From positions 1 to 64,000 of the IMG/VR virus record IMGVR_UViG_3300032135_000291: 64,000 bases of DNA. One strand, written 5' to 3'. Under the pieces are notes generated by a model. The model was not told the DNA's origin, searched no databases, and worked only from the letters and a program-made list of their open reading frames with translations. Position 1 is the first letter of the stretch, and the number at the start of each line of letters is the position of its first letter. Made by a program: the position numbers and the translations under genes. Shown here piece after piece: positions 29,876 to 38,841 of this stretch. This DNA comes from a virus (Duplodnaviria; Caudoviricetes).

Positions 29876-30550
29876 ATGGGAGCCACATTGGGTATCGGTA
29901 TCGCAATCCTTTTGTGGTCGGCCGCGGCGGCGCTGTCCCTTCCACAGACGGTCGCGGCCACTCACTTTCTTGCACGCTCCCCGGTCACCCTGGTCCACGA
30001 GTTCTCGCACGTCGTAGCGGCAACGCTCACTGGCGGCTTCTCGTGGAGTCTGCGCCTCTCGGGCGCCGGGGGAGCGCGGGTACGAAGCGTTCACCTCACA
30101 CTCGCCTCGCACCTGGTCACGCCCCTCGCCGGCTATCTGGGACCGCCCCTCGTTGGCGCGATGGTCGTGGTGCTAGACGTCAAGATGAATGGCGCCATGT
30201 GGGACTCCGCCCCGGTGCTCCTGTTCGGAATCGTCGGTGTCTCCTGTCTGCTGCTGTCGAGGGACTGGCGCGCACTCCTCGCCTCCGCGTGGCTCCTGGC
30301 ACTGGTCGGGGTGCTCATGCAGACCGGGTGGACGCTTCTCGCGCCAATCGGTCTGGCGTTGTGCTTGGTAGGGACCGTCGACACCATCCGGCTCGTCATC
30401 CTGCATTCACGTTTCGGTTCCGACATGCCCAGCGACGCGGTTGACGCCGGCCGAGGGGTCGTGCCACCCGTGGCGATCGCGGTCCTGTGGGCCACGGTCG
30501 CCATCGCGTGCACCGTCGCTGCCGTGCTCGTCATCGCGCGGGTCTTGTGA
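29876..30550 (+). CDS. M50B-like membrane metallopeptidase
   Basis: LVHEFSHVVAATLTGG (HExxH), LAGYLGPPLVG, late SDA; multiple TM helices. Confidence 0.85.
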   Translation: MGATLGIGIAILLWSAAAALSLPQTVAATHFLARSPVTLVHEFSHVVAATLTGGFSWSLRLSGAGGARVRSVHLTLASHLVTPLAGYLGPPLVGAMVVVLDVKMNGAMWDSAPVLLFGIVGVSCLLLSRDWRALLASAWLLALVGVLMQTGWTLLAPIGLALCLVGTVDTIRLVILHSRFGSDMPSDAVDAGRGVVPPVAIAVLWATVAIACTVAAVLVIARVL

Positions 30551-30582
30551 CTCCGTGTTGGACACCATTAGCGCCCTCAAAA

Positions 30583-30594
30583 GTGTGGTAGTTT
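30583..30594 (+). promoter_or_regulatory. Class A promoter motif
   Basis: AAAA-GTGTGG-TAGTTT upstream of the MTase-sigma-topoisomerase run. Confidence 0.65.
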
Positions 30595-30628
30595 TCGCAC
30601 GGGCATATTGAAACATCAAGGGAGAGAA

Positions 30629-31639
30629 GTGAGCGTAGCGGACGAAGCAGGGCAAGCGCTGAGCCCTGCATTTAGCGACGCCTACGCCACGGTGTACCAG
30701 GGCGACTGCGAAAGCGTTCTCCCTCAACTTCCCGCCGAATCGGCGGACTCAATAGTCACCGATTCGCCCTACGGCCTGACGATGATCGACGAGGCCAAGA
30801 CCCGAGCCGCACTCGACCAGTGGCTGTCTGGCAACGACTCGTTCGTTCCTGATGGCGCCGGTTTCATGAGCAACGAGTGGGACCGTTTCGTGCCCCCGCC
30901 GGCCACGTGGAGAGCAGCAGCCCGCGTCCTCAAGCCGGGCGGTTACGTGCTGTGCTTCGCCGGGTCGCGCACCGTGGACCTGATGATGCTGAGCCTGCGC
31001 CTCGCGGGCCTTCACATCGCAGGGACGACCGAGTGGGTCTACGGCACGGGCATGCCCAAGGCGTCCGACGTGTCCCGCACGATCGATAGACACCTCGGTC
31101 ACGAAGGTGAGGTCGTTGGGTCGCGTCTGGTGGACACCAGCATCCGCAACCAGAACCTGCACTCCGGCTCCCGCACCGCGATGATGGTCACCCAGGACGT
31201 GCGCTCACTCAGCGCCCTCGCCCAGCCGTGGGAGGGCTGGTATCCAAACCTCAAACCCGCCCACGAGCCGGTCATCATCGCGCAGAAGCCGCGCGAAGAC
31301 GGAAGCGTGGACTCACGCAAGGTACCGCCCTTCCGCTACATCGCCAAGGCCAGCACGTCAGAGCGGCCCGCCTACTTCGACGAAGAGGGCAACGAGGTCT
31401 CGCACAACACAGTGAAGCCCGTGGCTGTGATGAAGTGGCTCGTCTCGCTGGTCACGCCCGTGGGCGGCACGGTGCTCGATCCGTTCGTCGGCTCGGGCAC
31501 GACATGCGAGGCTGCAACGCTCGTCGGTGTCGACTCCATTGGAATCGAGTTGGACGCCAAGCACATCCCTCTGGTGGTGGCCCGCATGACCAGCAAGGAC
31601 CTCTGGGGCGGCTCGCTCTTCGACTGGAACATGCAATGA
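30629..31639 (+). CDS. Beta-class N6/N4 DNA methyltransferase
   Basis: Motif IV VTDSPYG at the N-terminus, motif I VLDPFVGSGTT at the C-terminus, HNTVKP. Confidence 0.9.
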   Translation: MSVADEAGQALSPAFSDAYATVYQGDCESVLPQLPAESADSIVTDSPYGLTMIDEAKTRAALDQWLSGNDSFVPDGAGFMSNEWDRFVPPPATWRAAARVLKPGGYVLCFAGSRTVDLMMLSLRLAGLHIAGTTEWVYGTGMPKASDVSRTIDRHLGHEGEVVGSRLVDTSIRNQNLHSGSRTAMMVTQDVRSLSALAQPWEGWYPNLKPAHEPVIIAQKPREDGSVDSRKVPPFRYIAKASTSERPAYFDEEGNEVSHNTVKPVAVMKWLVSLVTPVGGTVLDPFVGSGTTCEAATLVGVDSIGIELDAKHIPLVVARMTSKDLWGGSLFDWNMQ

Positions 31640-32409
31640 GTGGCTGGGGTGTGGCGCTTGAAGGCCTGCGGTCTCGCGAGAGCGGATCGTTCGGCAGCGC
31701 CGTCATCGACGTCGAATGGGATCTCGAAGCGCCCTCGCTCGCCGTGCCGCCCGCCGCGTTGGGCGAGATGCCCATGATGCGGGTGGCGAAGGAGTGCGCT
31801 CGAGTGCTGCTTCCCGGTTCGGTCGTCGCGCTGCGAGTTCCCTCTCGTCTCGTCGACATTGCGGGGCTCGCTCTGCGACTTGCCGGGTTCGAGTTCCGCG
31901 ACTCCATCGCCGTGCTGGACGACGAACAGCCTTCGTACTGGATCATCGCTCGTGCTGCGCTCGATGGCACACTGCCCGCCAACGTGCTCAAACACGGGAC
32001 TGGCGTGCTGAACGTCCGAGACACCAGAATCGCGGCCGCAGGCGGTGCGTCCGCGGGCAAAACGGCGACGCCCGGAGGCCGCTTCACTCCCAACGTCATC
32101 CTCTCGCCCGCGGCCGCGATAGAGATGGACCGTCAGGCGCCCGTGGCTGGCGCAGGAGGCCCCGCTTCTGGACCCACGTTCTCTGGCGCCTCGAAATCGA
32201 ACTCGATGGCAGGGCACTTCTCCGGCATGGGCGATCGCTCCCCCTCCTTTCACGCGGACAGCGGGGGAGCGTCGCGCTTCTTTCCGACTGTTGACACGAT
32301 TGCGTCCGACTGGATTGGGGTGCTCATCGGCGTGCCAGCAGCACCAACCTTGAATGTCCCAGCGATCGTTTCAGACAGCAAAAGCCTCCCACACCGGTTG
32401 ATAGCATGA
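31636..32409 (+). CDS. Degenerate methyltransferase-like protein lacking catalytic and SAM motifs
   Basis: ECARVLLPGS..LRLAGFEFRD, GTGVLNVRDTRI, GRFTPNVI, SGGASRFF; no DPPY or FxGxG. Confidence 0.65.
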   Translation: MSGWGVALEGLRSRESGSFGSAVIDVEWDLEAPSLAVPPAALGEMPMMRVAKECARVLLPGSVVALRVPSRLVDIAGLALRLAGFEFRDSIAVLDDEQPSYWIIARAALDGTLPANVLKHGTGVLNVRDTRIAAAGGASAGKTATPGGRFTPNVILSPAAAIEMDRQAPVAGAGGPASGPTFSGASKSNSMAGHFSGMGDRSPSFHADSGGASRFFPTVDTIASDWIGVLIGVPAAPTLNVPAIVSDSKSLPHRLIA

Positions 32410-32431
32410 GGAAACACCTACAAGGAGCGCG

Positions 32432-33400
32432 ATGTACCCCAAAGTTCGCTTGATCTGGGAGGACGAAGTCCGCCTCAGCGATGCGATCTTCCCTGCGCGC
32501 GAAGTTCGGTTGCGCCTTGGGGGCTCAGAGGCCACCACACAACTTGATCAGGACGTCTTGGCGAAGGCTCAGGTCGCGATGGACGAACTTGTCCTGTCGC
32601 ACTCGACCCTCGCGCAACGCGCAGCCGACGAGGTGCTCTTTGGCTCTCCGTCGTCGGCGACCATCGATCGTGAAGACCTCGTCCAGGTCGGCATGATCGC
32701 CATGTACTCGTGCGCGAAGGCATTCGACGCGCGACGCCGCAGCGATGGCATCGACCGTGACACCGGTAACCGCTTCTCGTTCTACGCGAAGATGTACATC
32801 AAGCGCGCCATGTACCGCACCCTGAAGGGTGGCGACGCGCTGATGACGGGATCCGTGGCAACACGCGACCGCACGCGAGAGTGGCTCAACCACCGCGACG
32901 CACTCGCCGAGGAACTTGGCCGCAAGCCCACACTCGTCGAGGTGTCCGAGTATTGCGGCATTGCCATAGACACCATCGACATGACGCTGCTCGGACGCCG
33001 GGCCGTCATCAGCGCACCATCGGGCACCAGCGACGACGGCGAGGAGATGGAGGTCGATGCAGGGGAGCCGGAACGCACTGGCGACGTTGACGACCAGATC
33101 CTCGCAGAGGCGTACGCGCTCGCACTGGACCGGGTGCTGCGATCGGTCCTTATGCCCGATGAAGTCGACGCGTTCTCTCTCTGGATGGGAATTGACCGGG
33201 CCGTGCCGCGGTCCGTGCCCGAAGTGGCCAGAGAATTGGGCTTCAAGGTCGCTCCGACTATGGAACTCGTTGGCCGGGCCGTTGCGCGACTGCGCCACCC
33301 ACAAAACTTGACACTGATTCGCGAGGCGGCACGTGATGCCCTCGATGCGATTGAGGGCGCTCACCAGGAGTTTGCTGCACTAGAAATGGCGCGTCGATAA
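32432..33400 (+). CDS. Sigma-70 family RNA polymerase sigma factor
   Basis: REDLVQVGMIAM..AKAFD..RFSFYA (region 2), LAEELGRKPTLVEVS (region 3), region 4 HTH ending ARLRHP. Confidence 0.85.
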   Translation: MYPKVRLIWEDEVRLSDAIFPAREVRLRLGGSEATTQLDQDVLAKAQVAMDELVLSHSTLAQRAADEVLFGSPSSATIDREDLVQVGMIAMYSCAKAFDARRRSDGIDRDTGNRFSFYAKMYIKRAMYRTLKGGDALMTGSVATRDRTREWLNHRDALAEELGRKPTLVEVSEYCGIAIDTIDMTLLGRRAVISAPSGTSDDGEEMEVDAGEPERTGDVDDQILAEAYALALDRVLRSVLMPDEVDAFSLWMGIDRAVPRSVPEVARELGFKVAPTMELVGRAVARLRHPQNLTLIREAARDALDAIEGAHQEFAALEMARR

Positions 33401-33432
33401 GACGTTCGCGGGGACCAAGAGAGGCTGCACCC

Positions 33433-35448
33433 ATGACGAATTATGGAGCCGATGACATCATCGCGCTTGAGGGGCTCGAAGCGGTCTATCGTCGTCCCGC
33501 AATGTATGTCGGCACCACAGATAAGCGCGGCTTTCACCACCTGCTGTGGGAGATCGTCGATAACTCCGTAGACGAGGCAATGGGCGGTCACGCCAACCGC
33601 ATCACCGTGACGATTCACGAGGACGAGTCCGTCACCGTGACGGACAACGGCCGCGGCATCCCCGTCGCGAAGCAGACCCATGGGTCATACAAGGGCATGT
33701 CGACCCTCGAAATGGTCATGACGGTGCTGCACGCTGGCGGCAAGTTCGAGGGCAAGGGCTATCAGTTCTCCGGCGGCCTGCACGGCGTCGGCGTGTCCGT
33801 CGTCAACGCGCTGTCGACCCGCGTCGAAGTGCAGGTGCGCAGAGACGGCCAAATCCACTCGATGGCCTTCGCCGGCAAGAAGAAGAAGGTCCGCGGACAG
33901 ACCGAGTCGTTCATCCCAGGGCTCGTCGACGAGCCGCTCAAAGTCATCGGCACCACCAAGACGAAGGCCGAGACGGGCACCCAGACGAGGTTCTGGCCGA
34001 ACCTGGACATCTTCACGTGCGACACGTGGGACTCCAAGTTGGTCCTCGCGCACATGCGCCGCAGCGCCTTCCTGAACCCAGGTCTCACGTTCGTGTTCTC
34101 GGACGAGCGCCACAGCGACGCACCCGTCGAGTTCTGCTACCCCAACGGCCTGGCCGACTTCATGGCAGAAGAGGCCGCGGAGCGCATCGCAGACGACGAG
34201 GAAGCGTCGATCGACAACGTCCACCCGAAGGACGCAATCGTCCTCAGCGGGGCTGCGGAAGACGGCACGGGACAGTGGGACCTGGCGATGCTGTGGTTCC
34301 CTGACGAGCGCTACGTCATCCACTCGTTTGCCAACGGCGTGAACACGCCCAACGGTGGCGCACACGTCAAGGGCCTCGAAGAGGCCATGACCGCGTCGCT
34401 GAACAAGTACGCCCACCAGGACCACATCGCACTGCTGGGGGAGAAGGACCAGAACCTCGCCGCGTCCGACTGGCGCTCCGGCTGCGGCTACGTGATTGCC
34501 GCGAAGGTGCGCGAGCCGCAGTTCGTCGGCCAGACCAAAGAGGAACTGTCCAACCCCGAGATCAAGGCGATGGTGAAGAGCCAATTCTCTGTGCAGTTCG
34601 CGCAGTGGCTTGATGCCCACCCGGCCGAGGCGAAGAACCTCGTCGAGCGCTTCGTGCAGCAGATGCGGTTCCGCATCAAGATGGCTGACTTCGCCAAGTC
34701 CGAGAAGTCCAAGGGCAAGCAGGGCTTCCAGGCCGCCAAGTTGCCGCTGCCGGCCAAACTGGCTGACTGCTCGCGCCACACCGGCGCCGAACTGTTCATC
34801 GTCGAGGGTGACTCCGCTGCCGGTCCAGCCATCAAGGCCCGCAACTCGGGCTTCCAGGCGGTCCTGCCGGTAAGAGGCAAGGGCCTCAACATCGAGCGGG
34901 CACTCAACGGACGTGACGCCGAGTCGAAGATCTCCGACAACCGAGAGGTCCAGGGGATCATCGCCGCCATCGGCGCCGGCTCGCAGGACATGTTCGACCC
35001 GTCGAAGATGCGCTACGACAAGATCGTCATGCTGATGGACGCGGACCCTGACGGTCGGCACATCGCCATCCTGCTGATGACCCTGTTCTACCGACTGATG
35101 CCGCAACTGGTGGAGGACGGTCACCTGTATGTGGCACGGCCGCCGCTGTTCGGAACCAGGCAGAAGGACAAGAAGGTCTACCTGTCGAGCGAGGCTGAAC
35201 GCGACGCCTTCCTCGCAGCGAACCCTCGTCACGCGGATCCGATGCTCCGATTCAAGGGTCTCGGTGAGATGAACTTCCGCGAACTCGGGGAGACCACGAT
35301 CGAGCCCTCGACCCGTTCACTGGGGCGGCTCGTCATCGAAGACGCTCTGCAGGCCGACGCAACGCTCCGAAGCCTCATGGGCTCCAACTCGGCGACCAAG
35401 TGGGACGTCCTGAAAGATGCAGTGTTCGACGAGGAGGATGTCGCATGA
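33433..35448 (+). CDS. gyrB: Type IIA topoisomerase subunit B (GyrB/ParE family)
   Basis: EIVDNSVDE, DNGRGIP, SGGLHGVG, IVEGDSA, PVRGK, MDADPDG, RFKGLGEM; gyrase versus topo IV not resolved. Confidence 0.95.
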   Translation: MTNYGADDIIALEGLEAVYRRPAMYVGTTDKRGFHHLLWEIVDNSVDEAMGGHANRITVTIHEDESVTVTDNGRGIPVAKQTHGSYKGMSTLEMVMTVLHAGGKFEGKGYQFSGGLHGVGVSVVNALSTRVEVQVRRDGQIHSMAFAGKKKKVRGQTESFIPGLVDEPLKVIGTTKTKAETGTQTRFWPNLDIFTCDTWDSKLVLAHMRRSAFLNPGLTFVFSDERHSDAPVEFCYPNGLADFMAEEAAERIADDEEASIDNVHPKDAIVLSGAAEDGTGQWDLAMLWFPDERYVIHSFANGVNTPNGGAHVKGLEEAMTASLNKYAHQDHIALLGEKDQNLAASDWRSGCGYVIAAKVREPQFVGQTKEELSNPEIKAMVKSQFSVQFAQWLDAHPAEAKNLVERFVQQMRFRIKMADFAKSEKSKGKQGFQAAKLPLPAKLADCSRHTGAELFIVEGDSAAGPAIKARNSGFQAVLPVRGKGLNIERALNGRDAESKISDNREVQGIIAAIGAGSQDMFDPSKMRYDKIVMLMDADPDGRHIAILLMTLFYRLMPQLVEDGHLYVARPPLFGTRQKDKKVYLSSEAERDAFLAANPRHADPMLRFKGLGEMNFRELGETTIEPSTRSLGRLVIEDALQADATLRSLMGSNSATKWDVLKDAVFDEEDVA

Positions 35449-37937
35449 GCCCGCAGAAGGCACCAGTCAGCACGGCACTTGCGGCAGAGGACGTCGACTT
35501 CTCGGTCGAAGCCACCAACGCCTTCGTCGAGTTCGGTTCGTACTCCAACTCGCGAGCCATCCCGGACGTGCGTGACGGGCTCAAAATGGGTGGCCGCCGC
35601 ACCATTTGGGCCTTCTACAAGGCGAACGCCGTTCCCGGCAAGCCGACACGTAAGGCGGCACTCCTCGTCGGTCAGGTCATGGCGTGGCACCCGCACGGTG
35701 ACGCGGGCATCTACGACGGCGTCGTCACGATGACGCACGTGCCGTCCGATGGTCCGCCCATCCGCAAGTTGGTGCCGCTGGTCTACGGGCAGGGCGGTTG
35801 GGGCGACATCGACAACGGTGCTTCCCAGCCGCGTTACACGGAGGCGCGACTGAACGACGAGTCCATGCTGCTGCTCGGGCTGTCCGAGTCCGTGCTGGGC
35901 GCCGGAGAGGCCGCCGAGGTCGCCGAGAACGGCGTCCGCCTGGTGAAGAACTACTCAGGCGAACTGGACGAGCCGACCGTGATGCCCGCGTTGTGGCCGC
36001 AGTTCGTCATCAACGGCGTGGAAGGCATCGGTGCGGGCGTCTCCACGTTCACCCCCGGCCACCACCCTGTAGAGGCACTCGACTTGGCGTTGTCGCTCGT
36101 GGATACGGACAACCCGCGCTGGGCGACCATTCAGAAGTTGATGCCGGGCCCCGACCTGCCCGCCGACTGCGACATCTACGACATCGACGGCGGCATTGAG
36201 TCCTACATGACGACCGGCAAGGGCCAGTTCGTGCAGCGCGCCCGCTACGAGGTCATCCCCACGGAGGGCAAGGGCAACAAGGGCAGCACCATGGTTGTCA
36301 CCGGCTTCCCGTTCCGCGTCTCTCCCGCCATGGTCATTGAGGGCATCAACGATCAGATCGCGTCCGAAGACCTCCCTCCGATGTCGATGCGCAACCTGTC
36401 CGACGGTGACGGCTTCCGCCTCGAAATCGACCTTGGCAACGGCGACACCGAGGCGATCATTCAGCGGCTGCTGTACCTGGGACGCAAGGTGCACCTCCAA
36501 GAGACCTTCTCGGTTAACTCGTGGGCGATCGTCGACAACCAGGTCCGTCGCGTGTCCACCGTCGACGCGCTGCGTCACTGGGTGGCTCACCGCCGCACGG
36601 TGATCCGTCGCCGCACAAAGTTCCGTCTCGACAAGGCCGAGGAGCGCCACGAGATCGTCGTCGGCCTGCTCAAGGCAGTGCCGATCGCTCACCTCATCGT
36701 TGAGGTCGTCCGGTCCAGCGCGAACCGCGCCGAAGCGGCCGTCGAGATGACTAAGCAGTGGGGCTTCACGGAGCGCCAGAACCAGGCCATCCTCGACATG
36801 AACGTCGGGCAACTGGCCCGCATCGGTGTGGAGCGCTACGAGAACGAGAAGATCTACCTCGAAGCGCGTATCGCCGACTGCAAGGAAATCCTCGGAGACC
36901 CCAAGGCGCTGTCTGCCCGCCTCAAGGACGAGATCCGTGCGACCAAGAAGCACTTCGCGGGCCACGAGCGACGCTGCCGCCTGATGGAGGGCTGCGCCAA
37001 GGTGGAACGCCCCAAGGTCGCAGTGAGCATGGTGCCTTCCAAGAAGATCTATCTCGCGCACACATCCACCTGGTATTTGCGCCAGGTCGCCAAGCGCAAC
37101 ATCAACCCCATCGTGGGTGTTGACCACGTCGTCGGGTTCCTGGAAACCACGAGCCACGACATGGTCGACGTCGTCACCAACAGGGGCAACCTGACTCGCA
37201 TCAAGGCCGACTCGGTCCCCGACAAGGCGACCCGCGCGGATGCGCTGGTCAAGGTCGAGGTGGGAGAGCGGGCGATCCTGGCGGGGTCAACCGCCGGCGG
37301 CGCTGACGTCATCCTGGTGACCCGCAGCGGCCTTGTGAAGCGAGCCGGTCACGACGACAACTCGGCGATGCGTCCGGGGCGCGCGTACTGCGTCCAGCCG
37401 GTGTCTGACGGCGACGAGGTCGCCTGGGCCTTCCACGCCCGTCCTGGGGCCGATGAGAGGCTCATCGGGATCACAGCGAACGGGTACGTGCTGGCCGTGA
37501 ACGCCGACGACCCTGTGTTCCGTGCGAGGTCACGTACTGCGCGAGGTAACTCGCTCATCAACGTGGTCAGCGGTGACTCACTCGTGTGGGTTGGACTGGT
37601 AGGCGCCAAGGATCGCGTCGTCGCCTGGACCGAAGCCGGCGGCACCTTCGCGCTCAAATCTTCGCAGATGAACACGCTCAACCGCGGTACGAAGGGCACC
37701 CGGGTGTGCCACCACAAGTCGCTGGTCGCCGGAGCCACATCCGGCCCCGGCCGCACGTTGGCCATGTTCAACATCGGAGATGAAGGCGATGCAGCACGCG
37801 AAGTCGACGTGCGGACGCTCACCGAAGGGCCCGAGGTCAAGCGCCCCACTGTCGTCGACGGGATCACCAAGGCTGGCACCGTCATCTGGCTGACAGAAGC
37901 AGGCAGCCTTGCCGAAGACGGTGAGGAAACAGCATGA
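35445..37937 (+). CDS. gyrA: Type IIA topoisomerase subunit A (GyrA/ParC family)
   Basis: RAIPDVRDGLK, WHPHGD, QPRYTEARL catalytic Tyr, PGPDLP, beta-pinwheel-like CTD without a clear GyrA box. Confidence 0.95.
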   Translation: MSPQKAPVSTALAAEDVDFSVEATNAFVEFGSYSNSRAIPDVRDGLKMGGRRTIWAFYKANAVPGKPTRKAALLVGQVMAWHPHGDAGIYDGVVTMTHVPSDGPPIRKLVPLVYGQGGWGDIDNGASQPRYTEARLNDESMLLLGLSESVLGAGEAAEVAENGVRLVKNYSGELDEPTVMPALWPQFVINGVEGIGAGVSTFTPGHHPVEALDLALSLVDTDNPRWATIQKLMPGPDLPADCDIYDIDGGIESYMTTGKGQFVQRARYEVIPTEGKGNKGSTMVVTGFPFRVSPAMVIEGINDQIASEDLPPMSMRNLSDGDGFRLEIDLGNGDTEAIIQRLLYLGRKVHLQETFSVNSWAIVDNQVRRVSTVDALRHWVAHRRTVIRRRTKFRLDKAEERHEIVVGLLKAVPIAHLIVEVVRSSANRAEAAVEMTKQWGFTERQNQAILDMNVGQLARIGVERYENEKIYLEARIADCKEILGDPKALSARLKDEIRATKKHFAGHERRCRLMEGCAKVERPKVAVSMVPSKKIYLAHTSTWYLRQVAKRNINPIVGVDHVVGFLETTSHDMVDVVTNRGNLTRIKADSVPDKATRADALVKVEVGERAILAGSTAGGADVILVTRSGLVKRAGHDDNSAMRPGRAYCVQPVSDGDEVAWAFHARPGADERLIGITANGYVLAVNADDPVFRARSRTARGNSLINVVSGDSLVWVGLVGAKDRVVAWTEAGGTFALKSSQMNTLNRGTKGTRVCHHKSLVAGATSGPGRTLAMFNIGDEGDAAREVDVRTLTEGPEVKRPTVVDGITKAGTVIWLTEAGSLAEDGEETA

Positions 37938-38263
37938 GTGAGTCGACGACGTTCGCAGCGCTATTCCTCCTCGTTCTCGCGCACTACGTGGCCAACTCCG
38001 GGATGCAGGCGGGGCAAGTTGCCTATGAGAAGGGCCGGACCCGCGGAGACTCGAACGGCCCCCGGGGGCTTGTCGCGCACGCGTGCATTCACGGGGCCAC
38101 AGTTACTGCGGCACTAATGGCCGTGGGTCTTCCGTGGCTTGTCCCTGCGATGACGACCATTGTTGTGTACGGCGTGATCGGTTCCTTCAAGAGCGCACGC
38201 ACTGATTGGGTGCTGCACGCGGGTCGTATCATCTTTGTTTGGCTCTTGGCGCTCAACCTGTGA
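37934..38263 (+). CDS. Small membrane protein, DUF3307-like
   Basis: LAHYVAN..MQ..K..GLVAHACIHG pattern; hydrophobic helices. Confidence 0.55.
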   Translation: MSESTTFAALFLLVLAHYVANSGMQAGQVAYEKGRTRGDSNGPRGLVAHACIHGATVTAALMAVGLPWLVPAMTTIVVYGVIGSFKSARTDWVLHAGRIIFVWLLALNL

Positions 38264-38384
38264 GCCCCAGCAGGGCAAAGAGCACATGGTCGTCTCGAGG
38301 AAGTGCCTGCGGGCGTTGTTCTTCGTGAATCGAGGCACGAACCGCTCCGGGTCGCGCAACCGTCCGTGGACACCAGGTCAGGCC

Positions 38385-38422
38385 CCGTCATCTGGCTGAC
38401 AGACGCAAGCAGCCTTGCCAAA
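38385..38422 (+). repeat. Degenerate copy of the gyrA 3' end
   Basis: CCGTCATCTGGCTGACAGA.GCA.GCAGCCTTGCC.AA matches 37879-37916 with 3 mismatches. Confidence 0.75.
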
Positions 38423-38452
38423 ATCGACGAGGCCGCTTGATGAATGCCCGGG

Positions 38453-38831
38453 TGGACACCTTCACCAAAATGCCGCCAGGAAGCCCCGTCCGTAAGGGCG
38501 GGGAGGATGTCAATATGCGGACTTTGAAGGCGGGGAGTACCCCGTCATGCAGGGCTCGCCGAGCCACCGCGACTCCGGGGCGACGCACCCACTGAACCCA
38601 CTGCACCCGGAAGAGCGCGCCGTGCGCAGGGAGTTGTGTCGCCGCAAGAGCGATGACTCCGAGGGCCGGTATCTCCACCCGCACAATCAGGCAGCGTGGA
38701 GTGCACTGCTCGAGGGCGGGTACATCGAGCGGCACGAGGTGTTCTCCGACGATGGCTACGAGGATGGCGAAACGCACTCGTTGGACGACTCGCACCTGAT
38801 GCTGGTCCTGGCCCTCTACCCGAACCCGTAG
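38453..38831 (+). pseudogene. Decayed LALxPNP family member (ORF 38547-38831)
   Basis: Mutated class B motif TGGA-CACCTT, ATG 38470 followed by an early stop, no knuckle; remnant ends LVLALYPNP*. Confidence 0.55.
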
Positions 38832-38841
38832 GGCCGCCGAA

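Noticed and set aside
33685-37157. Long minus-strand ORFs (515 aa, 400 aa) and similar long shadows elsewhere (2573-3814, 60265-61839)
   Set aside because: Antisense shadows of well-supported genes in high-GC DNA; no motifs or SD
33433-37937. Firm assignment as supercoiling gyrase
   Set aside because: No clear GyrA box; it could be topo IV-like, so the symbols denote family only
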